Origin: Octopus bimaculoides
Lineage: Eukaryota
DNA: 49,625 nucleotides
Direction: 5' to 3'
Assembly (NCBI RefSeq): GCF_001194135.2
Contig: NC_068981.1
Span: 65,022,199-65,071,823 of the forward strand
Shown here: piece after piece, positions 1 through 12,494 of the stretch
Layout: every line of letters starts with the position of its first letter
How positions within the stretch are numbered: position 1 is the stretch's first letter
Position numbers and translations under genes: made by a program
The notes under the pieces: generated by a model
Told to the model about the DNA's origin: nothing
Databases searched by the model: none
What the model saw: the letters and a program-made list of their open reading frames with translations, nothing else

Positions 1-233
1 TACATACATACATACATACATACATATGCTTACATATATATGTACATTCATTTATTCATATATACTACGTACATATGCAAATGTATATGTAAACGCTCAC
101 ATACATATATATATACACACAATGACGCATACATACATACATACATACATACATACATACATACATACATACATACTTATATACATAAATAGGTATGTAC
201 ATGCCAGGTAGATAGATAGATAGATAGATAGAC

Positions 234-307
<74 letters not shown>
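1..307. repeat. Compound microsatellite: (TACA)n-rich tract followed by (GATA)n
   Basis: Directly visible tetranucleotide runs: TACA at 1-25 and about 128-176, GATA at about 207-307. Confidence 0.95.
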
Positions 308-973
308 CTATTCCAATGTCACTTTTGGTCAACGAAAGAAGAAAAGTATATTCAATGCCAGTTTTCTTGTAACTGAATACCGTTTCTCGCGACTCGAATT
401 TTGTGCTCCTGTGATATTCAGGAAAAAACTCTCTTCTTTCGATATTCGAGTTGGTTAAATATAATTTTGAATAGTTTCACTCTTTTGCTTATGACTAGTG
501 TTTTCATTGACTGGTTTTGCATATTGTTTTATTATGACGTTGTGAATGATTGTCGTCGTTTCATTTGCCAAATTGTCGATTATTCTTCTTTTTTTTTTCT
601 TTTCATTTGTCAGCGTCACTCTTGTTTATCTGAAAATAATTCCCTTTCTTCATATCTTAATCTATAAATTTTTTCTGAAATTCTTTACTAATCTATTATT
701 TGCCATTCATCAATTTAGTAATCGTTCTGTCCATCCTTTTTTGCGTGGTTGCGAGCTGTTTTGATAATCTGTTTCACGTTATTTTGTCAATTTCATAAAT
801 CGTTTTACTTTATATCTCAAGTCGCTAAAAATGTTTGAATATACGTACTCTTTCCCAAAATAGTTGGCTGTCATATTAAGAGCAAAAAGAAACCTTGTAC
901 AGTTTACCTCGTTGTCTCGCATGTATCTTTGAGCATGTATGCGTGTGTTTAAATATACATATGCATGTATATG

Positions 974-1036
<63 letters not shown>

Positions 1037-1049
1037 TTTTATATTTTTC

Positions 1050-1330
1050 CTTTAGTTGAGTAAAAATAAGCGCAGATGTGGAGTTAAAACTTGCTTCTAA
1101 ACCCTGTGGTCTTGTGTGTGTGTGTTTGACTCAGCGTTTGTGTTGCTTCGCAACCGGTGTTGGTTTTTTTATGTTCCCATAACTTAGCGATTCTTCAGTA
1201 AAAGAAACCAACAGAATAAGTCCCAGACTTTAAAAAAGATCAAGTACTAAGGTCGATTTGTTCGACTAAACCCTTCAAAGCATCAACATGACCGCAGTCT
1301 AATGACGGAAATAAGTAACAGATAAAGATA
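1050..1330 (+). mobile_element. Degenerate SINE-B copy
   Basis: CCCATAACTTAGCGATTC...AGAATAAGT...GGTCGATTTGTTCGACTAAA...GCAGTCTAATGACGGAAATAAGTAA matches the better-preserved copy at 11583-11768; short internal TG tract near 1115. Confidence 0.65.
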
Positions 1331-1970
1331 AAACAAACAAGATGGAAAGAGTGACTTGCTCAAAGAAACAACTAATTAAATCGAAATGCGAAGATCAATC
1401 AATTGATCTCGATTCAAAAATTTAATTCTATTCATTATATTAATCTAAATTACGGAGCATTTTTAGTAACTTTTCCAAATAAATATTCATCCATCACATC
1501 CATTTTGATATAGTTTTTGTTTTTGTTTTTTTTTTCTGAATTTCTAATTTGATTTTTTTCAGCCACAGCAATATGTTCACCATAGATATTTTAAAAGCAG
1601 AAAAGTAAATGCGATTCTTCAGTGATAATTGTAATTCTGATTTCCATGCATGTTTATAGAAGGGTTCTAATCATTTAATCACCAAACATAATCAATCGTC
1701 ATTACTAGTATTGCTTTGATCTTCTCTTTTATTAGCATAATAATTGAAGGAAGAATTCTATAGTGGTGTCATTTAAAGATGCTTGTCATTTCGCCTCGAG
1801 CCGACTAAAGCCTTGTAAAATGAACGCAGCAATGGATGCTCGCTTCTCATTTACGAGGTTCCGGGCTCGATCTCACAACGCCGTACCTTGGCTAAAAGTA
1901 TTCAGTAAAAACCTCGAATAGAACCGATCAAAGCCGGTGATTGAAAATTTGATAGACAGAAATTGTGTAA

Positions 1971-2210
1971 AGGCGGCGAGCTGGCAGAAACGTTAGCACA
2001 CCGGGCGAAATGCTTAGCGGTGTTTCGTTTGCCGTTACGTTCTCTGAGTTCAAATTCCGCCGAGGACGACTTTGCCTTTCATCCTTTCGGGGTCGATAAC
2101 TTAAGTACCAGTTACGCACTGAGGTCGATGTATTCGACTTAATCCCTTTGTCTGTCCTTGTTTGTCCCCTCTATGTTTAGCCTCTTGTGGGTAATAAAGA
2201 AATAAGAAAT
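1971..2210 (+). mobile_element. tRNA-derived SINE-A, well preserved
   Basis: Head AGGCGGCGAGCTGGCAGAAACG (A-box-like), B box GAGTTCAAATTCC, body GTCGATAA..AAGTACCAG..GGTCGATGT; the same sequence recurs at 9184, 12495, 14777(-), 27761 and 45376(-). Confidence 0.9.
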
Positions 2211-4486
2211 TGTGTNNNNNNNNNNNNNNNNNNNNNNNNNNNNNNNNNNNNNNNNNNNNNNNNNNNNNNNNNNNNNNNNNNNNNNNNNNNNNNNNNNNNN
2301 NNNNNNNNNNNNNNNNNNNNNNNNNNNNNNNNNNTCTCTGCATTCTGAGTTCAAATTCTGCTATGGTCTACATGGGTGGTAGACTTAATTTGCTGCCCGG
2401 CTCAACACCACCATCTACACATTGGATGTTTTTAGTGGAGTTCACTCTGTTGTAGGTCTCTGGTTTGAAAGTATTTTCCCTCCCTTTCTCCCTCCCACTA
2501 ATCTTGGAGGTCCGGTAAATGGATCACGGATTAATAGATTTTTAAAAAAAAACGAATCAAATCCTTTGCTCTCACCAGTTAGAGAAACCCTAAGAAAAGT
2601 CTTTCCTCTTCTAACAAAACTACAAAAAATATTTTAAGCATTATTTTAATTTGACACATAACAGTATACTTGCTGCTAATTGGGAAAAACTTACAAATCC
2701 TTCACTCATTTAACTGTAGATATTTCCGTATTTAGAAGTTCCTCTTCCTTTCATTGTTCTTTTGTGGTGGATGTCAGTAATTTGCCGATCAGAAATAGTG
2801 TTCTTTGTAATACAAATCATCTTTCTTGCCTCTTCTCTTTCTTTAGTGCGACATGGTTCGCTATTGTGTCTGGTGATGTGTTTATGAAGTAAAGCAAAAA
2901 GTAAGTGTTTCAACAATTTGGAGCTTCCAGTAGTTCGATTAACGGAACAACCTAGGCATTACATTAAAGTGGCTGAGTATTCCACAGATACTTTTACTTT
3001 TAATGTAATATTTCCCAAACAGAATTGGCGTGTCACTGTATGTAAAAAAAATAGCTGTTTTAATTCTAGATACAATCCATCTAACTGTTATCCTGAATTA
3101 CACACAAATTTGCGTTGATCAGAGGTCAAGAGAAAAGACATTTACATTTGTTCACATGTTTTAGATTGCACACAACAGCAATAGCTAAAATTTTTGCAGT
3201 TTATCATTAAACATACATAACTAAACATTTCAGATTGTGCAACATATGATATTTACTGCATCATTAATTGATTAAAAGTAATATTTTCTTGGTTCTACAA
3301 ATGGAACTGTAATAATATTAAATCCTACTAAAGACTCATTTCTAAGTAGCCATTTTTTTTTCTGTATAAAAATGGCATATTAAGATATATTTTAAAAATC
3401 ACTTTGTTATCCATTACATACAGAAAATACAAACAATTTTTATAGCCATATTTTTGTCCAAATATTGTCCAAATCTTATTACTTTATTTTCATAATAGCA
3501 CAGTTCAATTATTTCAGCGGTGTGCTTGCTTGAGAAGCGATTTGATTTGAGACGGTGTGTTGAAGCTAAAATAATTACAGTGTAGAAGATACATATAAGT
3601 CATTCAGAAATACACAAAGGCTGCTAACTTCACTTAAACATTTATTATTTAATGTCAACATTTTCGTCGCACCACTTGCGACCTGGTCGCCGATATGATT
3701 CCATTGCAATTCAGCTATGGTTCTTAAACTGTTCTATTACTTGTTTACTTATTTTCTCTAGTCTTCAACAGAAGTACCGCGTTTTGTACAGAATGTCCCA
3801 TGACTATATAAGATAAATAGGGTTATTACATTAGAATATTGTTTATGCTTCCCTGTGGAGAATTCATTATAAAGAAAGATTCAACTGGCTTCTTTCGTTT
3901 ATTTTGAGTATGGGATTTGTTTAGTTAGTTTTTAATTTAATATGGTTTTTTATTTTTATTTATTTATATTTTGTTTGCTTTCAATTAGTTCATCTTGGCA
4001 AAGAATAACATGATGGAACAATGGATTATTCTTATAATTAATTATTCTGCAGTCTCTCATTTTTAACATTGATATAATTTATATTGCGTCACGAGATTGT
4101 GGAAAGGGCATTGACTAAGTAAGGTAAGGACAAGTTCTGACTTAGTACTAAAACACTTGATAAAAATCCTTCTTGCTTAGAACTGCAAACTTTTCTGGAG
4201 ATCCCTTCTCACCGATATCTATTATATAACCACGAATCAGAAAAATATCAAATCATACAGAGTTAATATGGTACCAGAAAAACTGTAGGGTTTCAAGAGC
4301 ATTGTAGTTCGCTTGAAGCATTGTAACATCGAAGAAGGTAAAAAAAAAAAAGAGAAAATAGGAAGCTTCTGACAATGCGGAAAGTTCAAAAAAACCTTTA
4401 TATTTCAGGCGCAAAGGTCCATCTTCAGAAGAAAAGAACAGTCTGAGAAAAGTGCAGTTATGTAGGTTTCATTAACCCATTCAAAT

Positions 4487-5588
4487 TGGGTTCAAGAAGG
4501 TACAATTTGGACCAAATAGCTGTCTGAAATGTTATTGAGAATCCTACAACATTATCTTTAATATATAAACACTAATGATATAATAACACGAGTGTTCGTG
4601 CAAATATTAGTGACTAACGAGGATTTTGATGATATTCTATCACTAATTGTTGTGGTCATATTCAAAATATTTAACTCACAACAGTCACACTCGGCTAGCA
4701 TTGAGAAGACAACTCACGATGCAATTGTAGACGCAGTATGATCGATTGCTTACGAAGTTTGGTTCGATCCAACTGTGTGGTAACTTAAACAAATGTCATT
4801 CTCTATAGCCTCTTGTCGACCCATATGTGGAGAGTGAAATTGGGTAGCAGAAAGTTTATAGAAGCTCGTTGGATGGATTGAATCTATAAATCAAAATAGT
4901 AGCCCCTTGTTACACCCTGTATCGCGCTGATTCTGCCTAAGAATTACATTAAAGGCACATGTGTCTGGAATGTACAGCCGCCTACACGTTGATTCAGGGT
5001 TAGATAATTCAGCTCACCGAATAACTGAATCCTCATCGCCAAACGACGGTGATCCTTCTCCACCTCTACCACCATCACCACCATCCTGATGTAGTAATAA
5101 CAGTATCACAGTTAAATTCATTAACATTTCATTAATTTGCAGTACAAAGTTCAAGAAATCCTGAAAGCGTAGACAAAGCAATGTGGAGCCTTTTCAGTCT
5201 ATTTGTCCGTTAAATCACTATAGAATCTTAATTAGTAATCAAACAACTCGAAAAATGACAAAGGACTAACCTCTCACAACAAATTTCATAATTACCAGCA
5301 CTAACCTCACCGAACAATCCACAGACCTCATTCTAAAGTGAAACTAAAATAGACCAAGGCTTCTAAACTCCCTTCCACGGCTACAAATTATAGAATTCCG
5401 ATAGAAAATACTTTCACTATTAGGCAGGCAGCATGGAGCAAGAATTTCCAATCCTCGTTAGTCACTGACGTTTGCACGAACACTTGTGATATTATATCAT
5501 TAGTGTTTATATATTAAAGATAATGTTGCAGGATACTCAATAACATTTCAGACAGCTCTTTGATCCAAATCGTGTCTTCTTGAACCCA
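4487..5588. repeat. 139-bp inverted repeat pair (4487-4625 / 5450-5588) with an 824-bp spacer
   Basis: Manual alignment of the left arm to the reverse complement of the right arm: about 12 mismatches in 139 nt, no indels. Confidence 0.9.
4735..5060 (+). mobile_element. Degenerate SINE-E inside the inverted-repeat spacer
   Basis: B-box-like GGTTCGATCC followed by a tail (CCTTGTTACACCCTGTATCGCGCTGATT..AGAATTACATTAAAGG) resembling 30225-30290 and 47820-47870. Confidence 0.5.
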
Positions 5589-5619
5589 GTACATTAAACC
5601 AACAGAATATGAAAGTTTA

Positions 5620-5822
5620 TATATTTATATATTATATATATACATGTGAATGTATGTATATGTTTTGCTTATGTATACATAAACACACGTAATATATATG
5701 TGTGTGTGTATGTATGTGTGTGTATTTATATATATATATATGTATGTACGTATGTATGTATATATGTATATATGTATATGTATATATATATATACATATA
5801 CATATATACATATATATATATA

Positions 5823-5855
<33 letters not shown>
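5620..5855. repeat. (TA)n/(TG)n/(TATG)n compound microsatellite running into a gap
   Basis: Directly visible; source of the spurious YIYI/CVCV ORFs at 5632-6157. Confidence 0.95.
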
Positions 5856-6200
5856 NNNNNNNNNNNNNNNNNNNNNNNNNNNNNNNNNNNNNNNNNNNNN
5901 NNNNNNNNNNNNNNNNNNNNNNNNNNNNNNNNNNNNNNNNNNNNNNNNNNNNNNNNNNNNNNNNNNNNNNNNNNNNNNNNNNNNNNNNNNNNNNNNNNNN
6001 NNNNNNNNNNNNNNNNNNNNNNNNNNNNNNNNNNNNNNNNNNNNNNNNNNNNNNATATATATACAATATATATCAATTTCTAAAAAATCATTTTCAAACA
6101 TCATTTATCAAATGCACGCCTCTCTTCAGTAAATTTCGAAGTTTTCATCTTAACTAAAGAATTTTCTTCCACACCCCACTCCTCACATCCTGTTTCGAAC

Positions 6201-6248
<48 letters not shown>

Positions 6249-6599
6249 TCTGATTCTATCTATATGCCTTACTAGTGCTCCAGCTCGATGTCAATTCTCT
6301 TTCGCTCTATTCTCTCTGAATTTAGTTTATTGTGTAATGAGTTCAAGAGTGATTTATTAAACAGCTATGAAGCCTTGACTGAACAGAGTTAAGTATATTG
6401 CTTACGATCACAACTCAACGGCCGCAGTGAGAATACACTTAATGATAATAGCGATTTCTTTTAAATAATTGCAACACAGATTTATAGAAGACAGCAATAC
6501 GATATTTTGTGACGACTGTCTTCCTCTAAGGGTAACATTAATATAAGAGGAATTAACACCGACTGACATTTGAAACCGTGTATCAACTCGTCTCTTTTC

Positions 6600-6830
6600 T
6601 GCACTCTACGATTCTTTCATTCTTGTATCTGCTTTAGTCATTGGACGGTAGCCATGCTGGAGCACTTACCTTAAAGGATATAGTCGAACAAATTGCCCCA
6701 CGTTCTTGTTTTAATTTTGCTGCTTATTCTATAAGATTGTTTTGTCGAACCGTTTAGCTGCGGGAACGTAAACAAATCTACACCGGTTCTCAGATGTAGG
6801 AAGAAACACAAACATAAAAACTTACAAATA
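6600..6830 (-). mobile_element. Degenerate SINE-B 3' half
   Basis: AGTCATTGGACGGTAGCCATGCTGGAGCAC..GTCGAACCGTTTAGCTGCGGGAACGTAAAC aligns to 31040-31180. Confidence 0.65.
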
Positions 6831-6865
6831 CGCACACACATACACACACACACACACACACATAC

Positions 6866-6900
<35 letters not shown>

Positions 6901-7368
6901 NNNNNNNNNNNNNNNNNNNNNNNNNNNNNNNNNNNNNNNNNNNNNNNNNNNNNNNNNNNNNNNNNNNNNNNNNNNNNNNNNNNNNNNNNNNNNNNNNNNN
7001 NNNNNNNNNNNNNNNNNNNNNNNNNNNNNNNNNNNNNNNNNNNNNNNNNNNNNNNNNNNNNNNNNNNNNNNNNNNNNNNNNNNNNNNNNNNNNNNNNNNN
7101 NNNNNNNNNNNNNNNNNNNNNNNNNNNNNNNNNNNNNNNNNNNNNNNNNNNNNNNNNNNNNNNNNNNNNNNNNNNNNNNNNNNNNNNNNNNNNNNNNNNN
7201 NNNNNNNNNNNNNNNNNNNNNNNNNNNNNNNNNNNNNNNNNNNNNNNNNNNNNNNNNNNNNNNNNNNNNNNNNNNNNNNNNNNNNNNNNNNNNNNNNNNN
7301 NNNNNNNNNNNNNNNNNNNNNNNNNNNNNNNNNNNNNNNNNNNNNNNNNNNNNNNNNNNNNNNNNNNN

Positions 7369-7699
7369 TATTCTTTTAGAAGCCTAGTACTTATTCTATC
7401 GGTCTCCTTTGCCGAACCGCTAAGTTACGGGGACATAAACACACCAGCATCGGTTGTCAAGCGATGCTGGGGGGACAAACACAGACACACAAACACACAT
7501 ACACACATACATATATATATATATATACATATATACGACGGGCTTCTTTCAGTTTCCGTCTACCAAATCCACTCACAAGGCTTTGGTCGGCCCGAGGCTA
7601 TAGTAGAAGACACTTGCCCAAGATGCCACGCAGTGGGACTGAACCCGGGACCATGTGGTTGGTAAGCAAGCTACTTACCATACAGCCACTCCTACGCCT
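7369..7699 (-). mobile_element. SINE-B, young copy with internal (CA)/(TA) microsatellite; 3' end hidden in gap
   Basis: Minus-strand head AGGCGTAGGAGTGGCTGTATGGTAAG...GGGTTCAGTCCC (B box), CTTGGGCAAGTGTCTTC body, AAGAAGCCCGTCG, then microsatellite 7490-7535, then the 3' half shared with 11583 and 31012. Confidence 0.9.
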
Positions 7700-8159
7700 A
7701 TATATATATACACAGACACACAACGGTGCATACACACGTAAGCCACATACATCACACTCATATAGAACAGCTACACGTCACACACACACACCGACAGGCA
7801 CACGTGCAAGCATGCACGCGCATCTCTTCAAGGATCTTATAGTTTAACGTCTGCTTTATGCGCAAAAAGTTGAAACACGCCTGAACGAAGCGTCTTTAAA
7901 AAAGTAACAAACCAGCTTATAGCTTCAACGCGGTTGCTCGTCCTGCTAGAAAAAGTGACCAAATTTTCCTTAAGTCCTGTTACATTAAAATAGAAAGGAC
8001 ACATTAAATATGAGTGTATTTGATGCACGCTATCGAAAAAAATTAGCGGGTGTGAGTAAGTACCAGCTGAGCACTGGGATCGATGTAATCCACTAGGCCC
8101 TTACCACAAAATTTCAGGCAGTGTGCCTATAGGGGAATCATTATTAATTTTGCTATTTA

Positions 8160-8430
8160 AGTCGGCGACGAGACAGAATCGTCAGTGCGGTGGACAAAAT
8201 GCTTTGCCGCATTTCGATCGTCTTTTATGTTCTGAGCTCAATTTCTCCCAATGTCGATTTCGCCTCTCATTATTTCGGGGTCACTAAAATAATATCAATT
8301 AAGCACTGGGGCCGATGTCATCGATTTCCCCCTTCCTTCAAAGCAGTTGGTGCTTTATTAAAATTTCAAGCCATTATTAATTATTATTGCAAAGGCAGTG
8401 AGTTGGTAGAATTGTTAGGGTGTCGGACAT
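8160..8430 (+). mobile_element. Degenerate SINE-A copy plus start of a further head
   Basis: AAGTCGGCGACGAGACAGAATCG...GTTCTGAGCTCAATTTC...AAGCACTGGGGCCGATGTCATCGA, then AAGGCAGTGAGTTGGTAGAATTGTTAG. Confidence 0.6.
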
Positions 8431-8438
8431 AATTTGTA

Positions 8439-8857
8439 TTTTTTTTTTCGCCCTTTTGAAGCCTAGCCAGGCTCATGGGCCCAATTTCCCGGTTTCAATG
8501 GCGTATGTATTCCCCAGCTGGATTGGAGGCCAGTCCATCGCAGCGTTACTCATTTTTGCCAGCTGAGTGGACTGGAGCAACATAAAATGAAGTGTTNNNN
8601 NNNNNNNNNNNNNNNNNNNNNNNNNNNNNNNNNNNNNNNNNNNNNNNNNNNNNNNNNNNNNNNNNNNNNNNNNNNNNNNNNNNNNNNNNNNNNNNNNNNN
8701 NNNNNNNNNNNNNNNNNNNNNNNNNNNNNNNNNNNNNNNNNNNNNNNNNNNNNNNNNNNNNNNNNAAGAACACAACGCGTCGCCCGGTCCAGGAATCGAA
8801 ACCACAATCTTACGATCATGATGCTGACACCCTAACCACTAAGCCACGTGCCTCCAC
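8439..8857 (-). mobile_element. tRNA-derived SINE-C split by an N-run
   Basis: Minus head GTGGAGGCACGTGGCTTAGTGGTTAG (A box)...GTTTCGATTCC (B box); body GTTGCTCCAGTCCACTCAGCTGGCAAAAATGAGT; A-rich tail at 8439-8448. Confidence 0.85.
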
Positions 8858-9183
8858 GTCGGACATAATACTTCGCAGCATTTCTTCCGCCGCCTTAAAT
8901 TGGAACCATTTATAGCGGCGAACTAGCAGAATCAAAGACTCCAGTTTTGTGCCTAAATTAGAAATGATTATCATTATTATTCTCGTTACACACATACACG
9001 CACACACACACACACACACACACGCACATACACACACACACGCACATACATAAATACCCACTTATACGGGGAGGGGCACACAAACGTTATCACATACTTC
9101 ACACATAAATTTCAGTTCTCCAAATTTCAGGCTTTGTGCCTAAATTAGAAATGATTATTATTATTATTATTATTCTCGTTATT

Positions 9184-9390
9184 AAGGCGGCGAGCTGGTA
9201 GAATCGTTTGCACAATGTTTAACAGCCGTTCATCCGTCTTTACGTTAGGAGTTCAAATCCCCCGAGGACTACTTAGCCTTATACCCCTTCGAGGCCGATG
9301 AAATCAGTAGCAGTTAAGCACTAGGGTCGATGCAATCGATTATCCCCCTCCCCAAAATTTACAGCAGTGTGCAAAGGATAATTGTTATTG
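9184..9390 (+). mobile_element. SINE-A, moderately diverged
   Basis: AAGGCGGCGAGCTGGTAGAATCG...GAGTTCAAATCCC...AAGCACTAGGGTCGATGCAATCG. Confidence 0.8.
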
Positions 9391-9771
9391 TAGTTGTTAC
9401 GGCTGACATCGTGGTTGCTCTTGTTGTTGTTGTTGGTGGTGGTGGTGGTGGTGGTGGTGGTGGCGGTGGTTTGGTTAGNNNNNNNNNNNNNNNNNNNNNN
9501 NNNNNNNNNNNNNNNNNNNNNNNNNNNNNNNNNNNNNNNNNNNNNNNNNNNNNNNNNNNNNNNNNNNNNNNNNNNNNNNNNNNNNNNNNNNNNNNNNNNN
9601 NNNNNNNNNNNNNNNNNNNNNNNNNNNNNNNNNNNNNNNNNNNNNNNNNNNNNNNNNNNNNNNNNNNNNNNNNNNNNNNNNNNNNNNNNNNNNNNNNNNN
9701 NNNNNNNNNNNNNNNNNNNNNNNNNNNNNNNNNNNNNNNNNNNNNNNNNNNNNNNNNNNNNNNNNNNNNNN

Positions 9772-9828
<57 letters not shown>

Positions 9829-10610
9829 CGCTATTCTTGCGTTCTTGTGCAAATAAAATCCAGATCTTCTCACCTGTATTACATTTTGAAAACCATGCCT
9901 TCCATCTAACCGTCACCAACCAACACCCATGCACACACGAAAACACAGAAATACTCATATGCATATAGGTAGGATACTTATACATAATGTACATACGCAC
10001 ATACATACAGACAGACAGACATGCGAGTCAGTATGATTAAGTATACACACACACACACACATAAATACCCACATATACGGGGAGGGGTACACAAACGTTA
10101 TCACATACTTCACACATAAACAGAGAAATACACGGGCAAAAGATACCATACACGCACGCAGACACATAAACACACATACACACACGCACACACACACACA
10201 CACACACACACTAATAACAAACAAACACAACAGTCGTCTAACAATTGAAACAACAGCGAGAAGTAGAGGCTAATCTTTCGTTTAACTCTACCGTTCAACT
10301 TCTGTTCTTTATTAAGACCGCTGCCAGTTTCCTGCTATACTGAAGTAGAGTATTAACCTTCAACCCTTTGACGTGTCAAAGATAGAGAGAGAATGAGATG
10401 GCTGCGGGTACACACGCACACACACACACACACATAAGCTTGTAAGCATAAAATAACATCGACTAATCTTTCGTTAGAGGCGAGGCCTGGTCTAATAGCT
10501 AATAACCTTTTAATTATCTCATTGACCACACAGCTGGTTAAATAAAACAAAACAAAAAAAACAATTCTTAAGTAAAGTACAATAGAATACAATAAAATAC
10601 ATAAAAGCAC

Positions 10611-10900
10611 AGGCATGGTTTTGTGGTTAAGAAGCCCGCTTTGCAACCACGAGGTTCGGAGTTCAGTCCCACTGCGCGGCTACTTGGACAAGTGTCTTCA
10701 ACTATAATTCCGGGCTGACCGATATCTTGTAGGTGAATTTGGCAGACGGAAATTGTACGGAGGCCTGAAGCGTGTGCGTGTGTTGGTGTTTTGGCTTTAC
10801 AGCCGACGTTTACACTCCTCTTAGTGGTTCGATAAAAGTGTTCGAGAGAATATGTACAGGGCTTAACAACTAAGTAATACGGTCGATTTGTTCTTCGGTT
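10611..10900 (+). mobile_element. Degenerate full-length SINE-B
   Basis: AGGCATGGTTTTGTGGTTAAG...GAGTTCAGTCCCACTGCG...TTGGACAAGTGTCTTC...GACGGAAA, short TG tract, decayed 3' half. Confidence 0.7.
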
Positions 10901-11582
10901 CTTCGGGCAGTAAATAATACTTTATGAATATTTCACACAAATATGCCATCTACATAGAATTTTGGAGTATTGGAATAATCTGATGTAGTTCAAGAGGACA
11001 GCAGCTTGGATTATAGCGCTATCGACATACTATATATATANNNNNNNNNNNNNNNNNNNNNNNNNNNNNNNNNNNNNNNNNNNNNNNNNNNNNNNNNNNN
11101 NNNNNNNNNNNNNNNNNNNNNNNNNNNNNNNNNNNNNNNNNNNNNNNNNNNNNNNNNNNNNNNNNNNNNNNNNNNNNNNNNNNNNNNNNNNNNNNNNNNN
11201 NNNNNNNNNNNNNNNNNNNNNNNNNNNNNNNNNNNNNNNNNNNNNNNNNNNNNNNNNNNNNNNNNNNNNNNNNNNNNNNNNNNNNNNNNNNNNNNNNNNN
11301 NNNNNNNNNNNNNNNNNNNNNNNNNNNNNNNNNNNNNNNNNNNNNNNNNNNNNNNNNNNNNNNNNNNNNNNNNNNNNNNNNNNNNNNNNNNNNNNNNNNN
11401 NNNNNNNNNNNNNNNNNNNNNNNNNNNNNNNNNNNNNNNNNNNNNNNNNNNNNNNNNNNNNNNNNNNNNNNNNNNNNNNNNNNNNNNNNNNNNNNNNNNN
11501 NNNNNNNNNNNNNNNNNNNNNNNNNNNNNNNNNNNNNNNNNNNNNNNNNNNNNNNNNNNNNNNNNNNNNNNNNNNNNNNNNN

Positions 11583-11768
11583 CCCCCCCCCCCAACCGAT
11601 GCTGGTGTGTTTACGTCCCCGTAACTTGCGGTTCGGCAAAAGCGACCGATAGAATAAGTACTAGGCTTACAAAGAATAAGTCCTAGGGTCGATTTCCTCG
11701 ACTAAAGGCGGTGCTCCGGCATGGCTGCAGTCAAATGACTGAAATAAGTAAAAGAGTAAAAGAGTAAA
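11583..11768 (+). mobile_element. SINE-B 3' half, young; 5' part hidden in gap
   Basis: Nearly identical to the reverse complement of 31012-31200; ends in (AAAAGAGT)n tail. Confidence 0.9.
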
Positions 11769-12494
11769 AGTGTATGCTATAGTTTCTAGCGTATTTGCTT
11801 CGAGATTCACCCTTCCTAAGTAGAATGTACATATGTATATATTCATAAATATAAATTCTGTTGTTTTACTAGTTTCAATCATTGGGCAACGAGCATGCTG
11901 AGTCAGACTTCAAAATTTTTAATCAGTCATAGTGACCGCAGTATAGCTTTCAGTTTGCTTTATATATATGGAACCGACGTTACCGTTCTGACATAAAGGA
12001 AGGCAACTCGATACACCAGTTTTCACCGGTGAACTCAAACATAGGTAGATACGCAAGAATCGATTAGCGGAACTGTTACATCGTAAGATGAGATACCTTG
12101 TGGTATTTTTACCGGTTCTGTGCAATATAGATTTAAATTCCGCTTCGTCACTGAAAAACGGACACATTTCTGTCTGGCAGAGAACGTCAACAATTTTTTT
12201 TTTTTTAAATTGGGGAAACAGAATTTTGTTGGTTTGATCGGAAGACCCACCAACAATAACAAAACAAAAACGAGCACTAGCACTATCTTATTTTTGTAAG
12301 AAAAACGTGAACTTCCAGCACTTGTATCATGAAAGATTAATTTAGATTATTTTTCTTTAAATTCACTATGACTAAATCAATTTTTAAAGTGATTGAAACC
12401 GGTAGCAAATTTCGATGGAAATGTAAATTGTTTCTTACTTTTATTTATAATCAAGTTCTCAAAGAATTTCCTTCTTTTTAATATACGGAGTGAG

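Noticed and set aside
320-900. Minus-strand fragments loosely resembling a LINE RT C-terminal region
   Set aside because: No diagnostic motif recovered in order.
1971-2060. tRNA-like A/B boxes in SINE heads (also at 7699, 8857, 16594, 19830)
   Set aside because: No complete cloverleaf or acceptor stem; each continues into a repeated SINE body, so none is called a tRNA gene.
2710-3000. Minus-strand peptide with vague BED-finger or MADF-like words (SSKLLKHL, EREEARKMI)
   Set aside because: Too few conserved residues and in-frame stops; cannot be distinguished from chance.
4395-4435. CTGAAGA...GAAA hammerhead-like cores (minus strand here and at about 37745-37780 and 16630-16665; similar motifs at 20030-20120 and 20825-20875)
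   Set aside because: Stems I/III or the R10.1-Y11.1 pair do not form; at most decayed PLE-type relics, with no supportable active ribozyme.
8597-8765. Apparent 169-bp insertion in SINE-C
   Set aside because: The flanks join with only a few bases missing relative to related SINE bodies, so the N-run length is a scaffolding estimate. Gap sizes in this window should not be taken literally.
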